Origin: a virus
Length of the DNA: 64,000 bases
Virus record (IMG/VR): IMGVR_UViG_3300020317_000002
Span: 2,436 to 66,435 of that record
Strand: one strand, 5' to 3'
The notes below the pieces were generated by a model, which had not been told where the DNA came from, ran no database searches, and saw nothing but the letters and a program-made list of their open reading frames with translations. Of the stretch, positions 37,365 through 47,985 are shown piece after piece (position 1 is the stretch's first letter; every line of letters begins with the position of its first letter). The position numbers and the translations under genes were made by a program.

Positions 37365-39359
37365 ATGGCTACACCGCTAATAAGGATTCCACAAGAACAG
37401 GGAGGCACAATGTATGCCTTTGCTAATGCAGCAAGGGATTTGACACGTGCATATTATAACCCGGACGTTAATTTTGAATTCTCAAAATTTGCATTACTTG
37501 ACTTGCCAGTATATGCTGATTCTATTCAAAGTGATTCTAATGACCCTCAATCAGGACCTAACTATATTAACTATACGAGGTTATTTGAAGGAGGCCCTGC
37601 AGTGGCTGGAGCTGTACCAGATAATTATGATGATACTACATACGACGGTAACGGTAATGTACATTTCGCCCAGACCTTTCAAAGCTATGCTCTTAATTTA
37701 GAGAACATGCTTCTTAACCCAGAGGCTAATGACGATTTTGATGATGTTTTATTTCAAAGTGATGCAGAAAAAATATTCTTTAAATACCTATATCATATCA
37801 ATGCGATAAGAGTAAGAGCTGCGACTTCACAAGAGGTTTCAACAGGATATTCTAGAATGATAGAGCTAGATGATTCTACTCAAGCAGGTTCTGAATATAG
37901 CCAAGTTATAAAATACATTGGAAATATCGATGTAACTAATGACAAGAATTATAAAGGACAACAATATAACGAAATATTCGTTAATGTTCCTTCTTCGGTA
38001 GGATATACACCTGAAGTTTTATTAGAAACTTCTAAATTTAATACTAATAATATTAAGTTTGTACCTGGTTCAGAAATCGAAGGAAGAAATAGTGATGATA
38101 TTCATCCAGATCCTTTCTTAAATTTAGAGTCCTATGCTGATCAATCAGACGGAACTTACAATACTGACGAAAATGAAATTCCAACATTTGGAATTGATTT
38201 CAATACAAGTGCATATTCAAAAATAATAAATGATCCTAAATTAAGCTCAGTATTAGATTACTCTAAGCGAGGTGGAGATTTTAGATTCAATGCTATTCTA
38301 GTATATTATGACATATATTCTAAGTCTAACATCGGGAATAAAGCTACTAACTTATATGGTATAATTTTATTAGATAACTGGAAAGAAGATACATCTAACG
38401 ATGGATGGTATATTCCTGAATTGACAAAATACAAACCGAATGAGGTTACAGGTCTTAATGGTAATGCGTTTGCTCTTAAATTAAATCTTAAATTTAATTC
38501 AGCACTAGATAATGTAGGAATAGAAAAGAATGTTAATGATTATTCTACTTTCTCAATGGATATTTTCTTAGACACCACAAGTGCTCTAGAAAATGCAGTT
38601 CAATTATTAAAAGATGCTAATAAAAGATATAATAGTATTTCTAAAAAAGTTGAAATGTTAGAAAGTTTCTTTTTAAGTTCTGAGAGTTTACAGGGAATTG
38701 CTAAAAGATTAGATGGTATAGAAAAAGATGTTGAAAATGCCACTATTAATTTCCAAGATGAAAGAAGTCTTTTAGATCTAATAACAAACACTAACTCTAG
38801 ATTAAATCAGGTTATTTCTGGTGAAGTTCCAGCAGAGATACAATATAATACAGACGTTCTGGAATCAGGTAATCCAGGAGTGTCTATTGATAAATCAAGT
38901 AACGGTAAAGTTAAAATTAGTTGTGTTAATTATGGATATTCTTTAGGACAAGCTTATGTCTATGATACCGTAACTTCTACTAATGAAAGAGAGTTATCTG
39001 CTGATTCTATGTTTTTACCGGATGAGGCTGGAACAAAGGCAGTATGGCAAAGACTTAAAGAATTTGATAACTTAGTTAGAATTTATACAGACCAATCACA
39101 GGGATTTGATTCTAATCTGAATATATACTTAGATGATACAATAACAAGTTGGAAAAAAGGCCAAGTAGTTAGAGTAACTTTTAAAAATAAAATAAAAAAC
39201 TTATCAACACATTATATAACGTTGTGGACTGATAAGAGTAATGGATGGTCGCAAAAACTTTCTATTTCTTTATCGGATTTATTATCTAATAAACCATATA
39301 TAGAAATAGTATGTGTAGATCCAGTAAATAAAACGTTTGAATACGATATCTTAAGATAA
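37365..39359 (+). CDS. Virion structural protein (baseplate/tail)
   Basis: 664 aa in the structural operon, with a central coiled coil. Confidence 0.6.
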   Translation: MATPLIRIPQEQGGTMYAFANAARDLTRAYYNPDVNFEFSKFALLDLPVYADSIQSDSNDPQSGPNYINYTRLFEGGPAVAGAVPDNYDDTTYDGNGNVHFAQTFQSYALNLENMLLNPEANDDFDDVLFQSDAEKIFFKYLYHINAIRVRAATSQEVSTGYSRMIELDDSTQAGSEYSQVIKYIGNIDVTNDKNYKGQQYNEIFVNVPSSVGYTPEVLLETSKFNTNNIKFVPGSEIEGRNSDDIHPDPFLNLESYADQSDGTYNTDENEIPTFGIDFNTSAYSKIINDPKLSSVLDYSKRGGDFRFNAILVYYDIYSKSNIGNKATNLYGIILLDNWKEDTSNDGWYIPELTKYKPNEVTGLNGNAFALKLNLKFNSALDNVGIEKNVNDYSTFSMDIFLDTTSALENAVQLLKDANKRYNSISKKVEMLESFFLSSESLQGIAKRLDGIEKDVENATINFQDERSLLDLITNTNSRLNQVISGEVPAEIQYNTDVLESGNPGVSIDKSSNGKVKISCVNYGYSLGQAYVYDTVTSTNERELSADSMFLPDEAGTKAVWQRLKEFDNLVRIYTDQSQGFDSNLNIYLDDTITSWKKGQVVRVTFKNKIKNLSTHYITLWTDKSNGWSQKLSISLSDLLSNKPYIEIVCVDPVNKTFEYDILR

Positions 39360-39360
39360 T

Positions 39361-42300
39361 ATGAGCGCTAGCAATTCTATATCACATTTACTCGAACAGT
39401 TTCTAGAATTAAATACTAATTCACTAGAAACTTTCGAACGTATCAATGAGGCAATTTCAACCGACAAAGAAACGGTTACAATAGATCTATTTGATAGTCG
39501 CACCGGAGAAATGACCGCGATTCAAATTCCTGCATTTGGATTTTTGAAAAGAGAAATCGAAAGAATTGATAAAAATCTAACCGCGATAAGTGGTTTAGAT
39601 ACTTCTAGTGCAAATGTAAAACTTAAAGATGGTTCTTATAGAAAAATACACACTTCTAAATTAAAGGGACCTTCGTTACCTATAAAATCATTAGCGACTC
39701 CTAAGGAATTTAATACTCAATTAAATGATTTCTTTGAAGATTTCTTAAATCCTTTGTTAACTATTAGCTTAGATGTTAAAGGACAAATTCCAGTAGATAC
39801 TGAGAGAGTGTATACTGAAAGATTTATATTTAATCATGAAGACCTAGCTTCTACTGAATCATTTGATGAAATTTATAAAGGTTCTAACGATATTGATTAT
39901 TCTAAATTTATTTCTAGAATTAAAGAAGGTGGTTTAACATATAGAATAGACGCTGAAACGGTAGATATGCCGATAAGATCTATTCAATATAATGGACAAT
40001 TAGATGTATTAAAGGTAGAAAATGTTGAGAAAACACAGTTAATAGACGGAGTTAGTCAAACTAAAACAGTAAAGGTTTATACCTTAAATAAATTAACATA
40101 TTCGGACTCTGATAAAGAGATGAAAGATACTGAAACTCTAAAAATTGGAGATTCATTAGTAGTAAACACATCCGAATATAATACAAGATATAGAGTAACC
40201 TCTATTGATTCTTCAACTACACAAGTTGAACTATCTCTTTTAGAAGGTTATTCACCAATTAAAATAGCAGCGAACGCCCTAGCTATTTACAAAGATATTG
40301 ATGCTTCTGTTTCTATAGAAGTTAAGGTTGGATTTAATGAAAGACAGGTTGTTTTTGTTAAACCAATTGATCCTATTTCTAAATTACCAGCTACTGATTT
40401 CTCACCGGGTGTTGCATTCTTTTCGAATGAACTTACTATTCAAAATGAAGATGGTATAGTTACTACACTTGCTAAATATTATAAAGAAGAAGTTGCTGAC
40501 TTTGGTCAATTTATTAAAGCACTTAAAGTTGATTACATTCCACCTGCATCAGAAGGTCTTATACCAGATGCGCCGATTGTAGAAGTAGATAACTTTAAAG
40601 TAACACAAATTAATAAACACCTTACGCAGAATTCAGCAGTTACACAGGTAAAAAAGATTAAGGCCGATAAACTTAAAGCCAAGGAAGTAATTAAGAAGCT
40701 CGATACTACTATTCAAAAGAAAAGAAAGTTAATTGCTACTAAGAAGTTTTCATCTAAAATAGAAAGAAATAGAGAGAAAAACGAATTATCTTCTATGATT
40801 AGAGAAAAGGCATCTGAAACAAAGGTGTTTTCTTCTAGCGTTAGTCAAATTAAAGCTATTGCAGAATCAAATGAATTACCTAAAGTCAATCCTAAATATA
40901 GGGTAAGAGGTTTTTGGTCTATTCCAGATGCTAAAAGAGTTGGAGATGAAATTTCACAGGAAGTAGTTCAGTTTATTTCTCGATATAGATATGTTTCTTC
41001 TACTGGGAAAACATCAGTAATAGAGCAGATTAAATTTAATAAGAAAACAGCTGCATTCTCAAACTGGGTTGAAGTTAAAGGCCCTATTAGAAAAAGAGAA
41101 AAACAAGCAGATGGCGGATATAGATGGATTATAGAATCTGAAGAAGATTCACAAGCTATTAATTTTAACTCAATAGATTTATCTATTCAACCTGGTGAAA
41201 AAATAGAGATGATGATAAAATCTGTTTCTGAAGCAGGTTTCCCACAAACTCCAGTAGAATCAGAATGGTCAGATATTATTACTATTCCTTTCCCTGATGG
41301 AGAAATAGCAACGGACGGAGCAAACACCCTAGTAAATCAAAATGATTTAGATAATGTTAAGGTTGAAATAAATGATGATTTAGAATCACAGGGATTATTT
41401 GCACACCTTGATACAGGGTTTACGGCAGGAGATACTTATTATGCACATGCTGCTGATTCTTTAGCTTCTGGTTTCTTAACTGGAGAACAGAATCCTATTA
41501 GCGTTTATGATAAATTATTAGAATTACAAAATCAATTAGAAAGATTACAAGCTAAAGTTGAAGGTGCCGTTGGAGAATTACAAATCAAGATCGTCGATGA
41601 AGATGGTGAAGTAACTCTAGTTAAAAATAACTCCACTGCTAAAATATTCGCAGGATATTATGTAGATGAAGCTCCTACCGATGAAACCAAAGGATATATT
41701 GTTACTAAAAATTATAGAGTAGAACTTCACAATACCAAAGCATCTGATTTAGAATTATGTGCAAGAATTAACGGAGATCTTAAGCAACCTGCCTACGTAT
41801 CTTCGACTCAACAGGAGTTCGGATTGGGTATAATAGATCTAGAGACAGGTAACCAGAAAGCTGAGGCGGATGCCGCAGTAGACACAAAGGTATCTAACGA
41901 TACGTATTATATGACAGAGGCTCAATATGACTTAGTTCCTGTAGTTTATCAGAATTTAGTCGGAGACGGAAATTCATATAATCATTTTGCAGCTGCGCCT
42001 GATCAATCATCTCAATTAAATGGACAATTCATTTATTCCAGATTTATAAATGTAGCTAGTAAAGGAAATCTTTATTCAACTGTAAATCCGGATACGGATA
42101 CTGCTAGAGAATCAAATCTAACAGGAGTGACTAGTTCAGAATATGGATTATCATTTACACATAATATTAATAATGCTATAGGTGATATAACAGATAGAGA
42201 GCACTTAAGAGATTTTACCAGTGTTGAATTTCCAGGATATGCTGCAACTGCCGCCGATCTTGGTGACACAACAGCCGATTTTATATGGAATGGAACATAT

Positions 42301-43134
42301 AACCTATTAACAGGCCCCAACTCAACGACCAATGTTCCTGATGTTGTTGATATTTCTGCAATAACCGCAGCTAAATATGATTCTGGTCTTTTTCTATCTA
42401 AATTCCACCCCCTAATAAGTGAAGATGAAAACGTAAATGCATTATTAGAGGATATAATAACAACCGGACAAGTATCAATGCCTAAGTACGCAGTTAAAAG
42501 ATCTAATGATAAAGACGGTACTGTTCAAACTGCATATCAGCCTCTAACAGTTACATTTAGAAATGGAGATGAGTCTGGTCCCTTAGATCACACAGGTACA
42601 GTGGTTGCTCGAAAGTCTATAAAAAATTCGTTTACGGAAGAAGATCAATTTTTACTAGGTGGTCTTTCATGCGGATCTTTCTTATATCTTTCCCCTATTA
42701 ACCAGGAAAGCCTATCAGTAGATGGACCTACTAAATACGGTAAGAAACTCGTAGAAGGAGGAAGTCAAAATGCAGTATCAGTTGATATGGTGTTTCAATA
42801 CAGAATGACGGATTTCTTTGGGAAAGATAAATCAGGTAAAGGTAGAGTTGCTGGAATATATGGAAATTCATTTAGCAATTTAACATATTCAAAGAAAATA
42901 GGGCTAGACATCATAGATTCATATAAAGCTGAATTCAGTTTCGATATAGAAGTTTACGCTAAATACAGAGCCGTTGGAACAAATAAAAATAGTATCAACA
43001 AAGTGATGTTGGCTAACTATAGAAATTCAAACAGCGGTGGTAACTGGTGGTGGAATAGAAGAAGATTCTTCAGCGGATATAATGATTTTAGTTCATCTCA
43101 ACTATACGATTTCGATGCTCGCCCATATAGGTAA
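39361..43134 (+). CDS. Large virion structural protein
   Basis: 1257 aa with coiled-coil segments; structural context. Confidence 0.6.
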   Translation: MSASNSISHLLEQFLELNTNSLETFERINEAISTDKETVTIDLFDSRTGEMTAIQIPAFGFLKREIERIDKNLTAISGLDTSSANVKLKDGSYRKIHTSKLKGPSLPIKSLATPKEFNTQLNDFFEDFLNPLLTISLDVKGQIPVDTERVYTERFIFNHEDLASTESFDEIYKGSNDIDYSKFISRIKEGGLTYRIDAETVDMPIRSIQYNGQLDVLKVENVEKTQLIDGVSQTKTVKVYTLNKLTYSDSDKEMKDTETLKIGDSLVVNTSEYNTRYRVTSIDSSTTQVELSLLEGYSPIKIAANALAIYKDIDASVSIEVKVGFNERQVVFVKPIDPISKLPATDFSPGVAFFSNELTIQNEDGIVTTLAKYYKEEVADFGQFIKALKVDYIPPASEGLIPDAPIVEVDNFKVTQINKHLTQNSAVTQVKKIKADKLKAKEVIKKLDTTIQKKRKLIATKKFSSKIERNREKNELSSMIREKASETKVFSSSVSQIKAIAESNELPKVNPKYRVRGFWSIPDAKRVGDEISQEVVQFISRYRYVSSTGKTSVIEQIKFNKKTAAFSNWVEVKGPIRKREKQADGGYRWIIESEEDSQAINFNSIDLSIQPGEKIEMMIKSVSEAGFPQTPVESEWSDIITIPFPDGEIATDGANTLVNQNDLDNVKVEINDDLESQGLFAHLDTGFTAGDTYYAHAADSLASGFLTGEQNPISVYDKLLELQNQLERLQAKVEGAVGELQIKIVDEDGEVTLVKNNSTAKIFAGYYVDEAPTDETKGYIVTKNYRVELHNTKASDLELCARINGDLKQPAYVSSTQQEFGLGIIDLETGNQKAEADAAVDTKVSNDTYYMTEAQYDLVPVVYQNLVGDGNSYNHFAAAPDQSSQLNGQFIYSRFINVASKGNLYSTVNPDTDTARESNLTGVTSSEYGLSFTHNINNAIGDITDREHLRDFTSVEFPGYAATAADLGDTTADFIWNGTYNLLTGPNSTTNVPDVVDISAITAAKYDSGLFLSKFHPLISEDENVNALLEDIITTGQVSMPKYAVKRSNDKDGTVQTAYQPLTVTFRNGDESGPLDHTGTVVARKSIKNSFTEEDQFLLGGLSCGSFLYLSPINQESLSVDGPTKYGKKLVEGGSQNAVSVDMVFQYRMTDFFGKDKSGKGRVAGIYGNSFSNLTYSKKIGLDIIDSYKAEFSFDIEVYAKYRAVGTNKNSINKVMLANYRNSNSGGNWWWNRRRFFSGYNDFSSSQLYDFDARPYR

Positions 43135-43155
43135 TATCTCGCCTTAAATAAGCAA

Positions 43156-43163
43156 GATATATA
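43156..43163 (+). promoter_or_regulatory. Late promoter GATATATA
   Basis: Intergenic octamer. Confidence 0.6.
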
Positions 43164-43191
43164 CTCTAACAAAAATAGAGTCTATTTATAA

Positions 43192-46100
43192 ATGGCGAAA
43201 ATTATTAACAACAATATAGAGGGTAGTTCAGATAAAAGTAGGTCATTTGCCCTATTAAGAACTAACCCTAAGTTAACCTCTAATGTTAAGTTAATTACTG
43301 ACGAAGGTGGAGATATCTATTTAAGCTCTATCAAGGCTAGTAGAACCCTAGCACAATCCGAATATCAGAAATATCCTATCTCAGATTCAGGCGAATATTG
43401 TAGAGATATTGCTCAATTTTACGGAAGATTAAGCAAGGATGAAAGATATCAGGTTGGTAGAGAATTTACAGACTTAGGTATTTCTGCAGATTATTCTGCA
43501 CAATATGAAAATTTATACAACTATGGTGCCTCTTTTAATTACACTAAAGTCTATGACGAACAGTATAGAATATTTGCACCAATATGGTTAGAGGGCAATG
43601 TTCCTGAAAAGTTTGTAATTTATAGAATTAAGGATGTAGACTTTAAAGAGCAAACGCTAGAAGGAGCCACTGGTCAGAATTCTAGAATTCAAGAAATGTT
43701 ATCTAATGCGACTTTAATAAAATCGTATGACATGACTAATAATTCTAAATTAGGAAGATATTTAAATAGCCATGTACTTGATCCTTTGTTACCTACTTCA
43801 CATATTGATTTTAACTTTGAGTTAGATGATCCTACTTCCTTTAATGGAATAGACGTGATGATAGGTGGATTTTCAGAAAAAGCAGACTACATAGACGATG
43901 ACTATATTAAAGAAGATCTTCCTGAAATTTTAGCTAACAACACCTTAACATCTAGCTTTGAGAGAAACGGAATTGTTTCTCACAATATAATTAATCTAGA
44001 GTTTTTATTTGATGATAACGAGGCTGATGATTATAATATCTATAGATATTTTGGAATATTCGTAGATGAACATTTCGAAGGGAGCGTCGTCGTTGATTCA
44101 GTTAATTCTTTAGGATATTTAAATATAGACCCGACTAATGCCTCAACTGATCTTTTAGATAGATTACCTACCACATATGAATATACACAGCCTATATTAG
44201 GTTGGGTTAAAGATATTAATAGCAATTATCATAATATTTTAAATAGATTTAGAAAAACTAGAATAGCAAAAAATCAAATATTAACCTCATACACTGGTGA
44301 TTCTTCGATTTTTGTAAATAAAAACATAACTGAATTTAACACACCAGTGTTAAGTAAGAATTCATTCAACGGGTTTATAGAATTAGATATAATAAATACT
44401 CCTTCTGATAATGACAAGATATTTTTAGGAGATTTATTAGAAATAAGCATTGAGAACTTTAATCTAGGTGATTTTGTTTTAATAGCAGATGATACACTTC
44501 CAATTGGAACTTATCAAGAAAATAGATATTCATCCCTTGGAAATACTTCACAGGTAGCAGCTGCACTTTCAGCTGCCATTAGAAATGCTGAAGTTATACC
44601 ATATATGGCTAGTTCCAGAAAGAACAGGGTGATCATAGATGACTATTCGCAGGGAAGAAATAAGAATACTACTGTGTTAGGAATTAACTCCTCTAATCCT
44701 TACACATTTATTAACATGCAGAGTTCAACCGATGCCAATGTTGTATTTTCTAAAAAGTACAATGATTTTGTAAATGAAGGAGGAACGGTCAGCGGAGGTT
44801 TATTAATAGGAGATTATGATATTTACACAATGACAGGTGGATGTTCTGTTAACCAGGGTGTATTGGTGGCTGCTAATGAAATAGGAAATTTAGAAGTAGG
44901 TTATTTTGTGAAGGAACTTAATAAAGATAGGTATGTTAGAATCATAGAAATAGTAAAAGATCCTTATTCTGAAAATTTTAGAGTTATTTTTGAAAAACCT
45001 ATAATTTTCTCTATGGATAATGTACTTACATGTTATGAAAAATACGACACTCCATTCGGAAAGTTTTCTGCATATGATTTTAAAGATTTTAATTTTGATT
45101 TTTACGATACTTCAAATGCCAGGACTGATTTCCTAGATCTAGAAAGTATGCAATATAAGAATGATGAATCTTCATTTGGAGTTTCATCAGCAACTAGCGT
45201 AACGGTGTTCAGTGCCGGAGCTAACGGATATACATTCGATGGAGTAAATCCATACATACTAATAGGAGGAATGGATGCGACACCATTTATCAAAAAGGGA
45301 GACTTTGTAAAGGGCATTGATGTAGTGGGTAATGTAGGTGATGTGAATTGGATTGAAGTAATGACAGTCCAGTGGCTTGAAGAGCATAACACTACAAAAA
45401 TAACTACTAGAGAGATAGCGAATACTAACTATACCTGGACATCTAATTTTAACTATGAAGACTTCATATTTAAACCAGGTACTGCAAGTGATTTATTTAA
45501 ATTTAAATCTTTATCTAGTGTCATCAGGGATGATGTAGTCGACAGGGATTATATAGATATAGAAATTACTAATGAATATGATAGACTGAAAGAGAATTCA
45601 TTAAAGGAAACCAGCCTTAATTCTAGAATAGTACCTACTATATGTAAGTTTAATTTAAAGGATTCTACCAATTCTAGAAATCTAGCATATATTTTAAATA
45701 GCAACGAAGCATTTGGCGTAAATAACCTTTCAGCTGATATTACTAAATTCTCAGAAAGATCTTCTGAAAAATTAAATATGGAGCATTTTTATATACACAA
45801 TGTTCCTAATTATCTATTACAGTCTAGTAGTATTCCATTGCTTATGGATTATGTTTATACTGGAGATAAAACACAGTATTCGGATTTATCTCTTTACTTA
45901 AAGGATATTGGATTTGATTATTTTTCAACTATGTTGAATTATACAGGTGCACATTCTACTAGTATCGGTAGTATCGGTAGTTGGATTAATTCAACTCCAC
46001 ATGTAATGTATACTAAAATGCAAGGAGGAGATTCTCTCAATTTTTCTTCTACTGTTTTTAAAGGATTAAGATATGTTTATAAAGACAGAAGTGAATTTAT

Positions 46101-47982
46101 ATCTGAGACACCGATATCATTTAAACCTTCATCAAATGTAAACGGTTTTAAAACTGCAACAATTTTGAGCTATACTTCAAATGATGATGTAGACAATGCA
46201 GGCGTAAATATAGAGGTTATAAAGAATAATAAATTCAAAACTATTAGTATTCTTATAGATTTACAAATTCCGGAAAACGACGTAACAGAAATAGACAGAT
46301 ACCTATTGTATAATTTAGAAGATATTACAACGGCCGGCGAGATCAGCGATAGCGGTATTAGAGGTTTCCTAGAGTTTGCAGGTTTAACTACATTTAGCGC
46401 CACTGGTGAAGGTGTTACAATGGAAGCGTCCGTCCAATCCGTTGGAGAAGACGCTCCTAAATTTACACAAGACATTTTTAAAATAGATGAACAATATTCC
46501 TATGTATTATTTGAACATGCAGGTGACGTATGGGCAATTCAGGTTGTTTCCGTAATAGACGATTCTACGATAATTATCAAAGGACAACCATATTTATGGA
46601 GCCAAGACGGAGATGGTGAATATTTTGCAGATACTAATAATGCCCATCCATCCCCATCGACAATACCAAATAATACTGAAATAACATATTTCAACGGTGG
46701 TAAAAAAGCATGGAACAACACCTTACAAGATGTTTCCTCATTCGGATTAGCAGATAGAATAAATACAAACAGAGACATTTTATACACTACTATTCTAGAA
46801 AACGGAGAAATAGAATATGGAAAATTTTGTTTAGAAATACAAAGCGGTGTTGAATTTGTTAAAACATCTATATTAGATATTGAAATTGATGATAATAAAC
46901 CTAAGGCGTTTAAATTAAATAATAAAGAAATAGGATATACCCTTGTAGCAAGAGAAGATGGTGGATATTACACTACTCTCAAAAGAATGAACGGTGGCTA
47001 TAACCCCCTGTTTAAGGATATTATAACTTTCTCATCACCCTATGGAAATTACAAATTCATAGATGATAATGATTCTTTAAATGAAGAACAGGAAAATAAG
47101 ATGAAAAAATATAATAGACTTGCCGGTGTGAATTGTATGTTTAATTCTAATTTAGGAGTTGACGAAAATTACGGTATTATTAATAACTTCTTCTTTCATA
47201 AAGTAAATGAACTAGGAGGTGAGGTTATTAAATTAAGCCAAGAATCAGATAAATTACCGCTATACCCTCTCATTGGTGAAATAGCAATAGATAAAAAGGA
47301 TTTAAACCTATTTAAGAGTAAATATTCTAGAGATTATTATACAAGGTCGTATGGTGCAAATAGGTCAGAAGAAGTTCATGGAACGCTAAGTCCTATAGAG
47401 GAAAGATCTTTCTTTGCATCAACTATAATGAAAGTTAAAAACGAATATGACATAACTTCATATAATTTAAAAACGGTAAGTTCTCTCCAAGCTCTAGATT
47501 TAATAAGATACGACGAAAAAGAAGATGAAGGTGCATATTTATATGAAGATATGCAAAAAATTTACATAGACTTTTATATTGCTAATTCCGTTGTAAAGAA
47601 ATTAAAAGCTGAAAAGATAACTTCGTATTACTCGAAGTATGCAACTGCTGAAAACTCATATGGAGATAAAACAACACTAGAGGATGATACTACAATATAT
47701 GTTGAAGAGAATATCATTCCTAGATTTATAATAGACTATATAAAGGTATATGGAATTGAAAAGGCAGGATATATTAAATCCAATTCTTTAGATTCGCTTG
47801 CACCATATAGTACACTGAGTAGCGTAACGGACATAGATGACATAACATCTGATGGGTTTTTTGAACTTACTAATTTTGAAATTAGAAGTTTTGCTGAAAG
47901 GCCTTTAAATTTCAGATTAATATATAATAAAAAACCAGGGTATCGATATAATTTGAGAGTCCATTCTAAAATAATTGCGTAA
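43192..47982 (+). CDS. Large virion structural protein
   Basis: 1596 aa, beta-rich, upstream of the tail fibres. Confidence 0.6.
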   Translation: MAKIINNNIEGSSDKSRSFALLRTNPKLTSNVKLITDEGGDIYLSSIKASRTLAQSEYQKYPISDSGEYCRDIAQFYGRLSKDERYQVGREFTDLGISADYSAQYENLYNYGASFNYTKVYDEQYRIFAPIWLEGNVPEKFVIYRIKDVDFKEQTLEGATGQNSRIQEMLSNATLIKSYDMTNNSKLGRYLNSHVLDPLLPTSHIDFNFELDDPTSFNGIDVMIGGFSEKADYIDDDYIKEDLPEILANNTLTSSFERNGIVSHNIINLEFLFDDNEADDYNIYRYFGIFVDEHFEGSVVVDSVNSLGYLNIDPTNASTDLLDRLPTTYEYTQPILGWVKDINSNYHNILNRFRKTRIAKNQILTSYTGDSSIFVNKNITEFNTPVLSKNSFNGFIELDIINTPSDNDKIFLGDLLEISIENFNLGDFVLIADDTLPIGTYQENRYSSLGNTSQVAAALSAAIRNAEVIPYMASSRKNRVIIDDYSQGRNKNTTVLGINSSNPYTFINMQSSTDANVVFSKKYNDFVNEGGTVSGGLLIGDYDIYTMTGGCSVNQGVLVAANEIGNLEVGYFVKELNKDRYVRIIEIVKDPYSENFRVIFEKPIIFSMDNVLTCYEKYDTPFGKFSAYDFKDFNFDFYDTSNARTDFLDLESMQYKNDESSFGVSSATSVTVFSAGANGYTFDGVNPYILIGGMDATPFIKKGDFVKGIDVVGNVGDVNWIEVMTVQWLEEHNTTKITTREIANTNYTWTSNFNYEDFIFKPGTASDLFKFKSLSSVIRDDVVDRDYIDIEITNEYDRLKENSLKETSLNSRIVPTICKFNLKDSTNSRNLAYILNSNEAFGVNNLSADITKFSERSSEKLNMEHFYIHNVPNYLLQSSSIPLLMDYVYTGDKTQYSDLSLYLKDIGFDYFSTMLNYTGAHSTSIGSIGSWINSTPHVMYTKMQGGDSLNFSSTVFKGLRYVYKDRSEFISETPISFKPSSNVNGFKTATILSYTSNDDVDNAGVNIEVIKNNKFKTISILIDLQIPENDVTEIDRYLLYNLEDITTAGEISDSGIRGFLEFAGLTTFSATGEGVTMEASVQSVGEDAPKFTQDIFKIDEQYSYVLFEHAGDVWAIQVVSVIDDSTIIIKGQPYLWSQDGDGEYFADTNNAHPSPSTIPNNTEITYFNGGKKAWNNTLQDVSSFGLADRINTNRDILYTTILENGEIEYGKFCLEIQSGVEFVKTSILDIEIDDNKPKAFKLNNKEIGYTLVAREDGGYYTTLKRMNGGYNPLFKDIITFSSPYGNYKFIDDNDSLNEEQENKMKKYNRLAGVNCMFNSNLGVDENYGIINNFFFHKVNELGGEVIKLSQESDKLPLYPLIGEIAIDKKDLNLFKSKYSRDYYTRSYGANRSEEVHGTLSPIEERSFFASTIMKVKNEYDITSYNLKTVSSLQALDLIRYDEKEDEGAYLYEDMQKIYIDFYIANSVVKKLKAEKITSYYSKYATAENSYGDKTTLEDDTTIYVEENIIPRFIIDYIKVYGIEKAGYIKSNSLDSLAPYSTLSSVTDIDDITSDGFFELTNFEIRSFAERPLNFRLIYNKKPGYRYNLRVHSKIIA

Positions 47983-47985
47983 AAC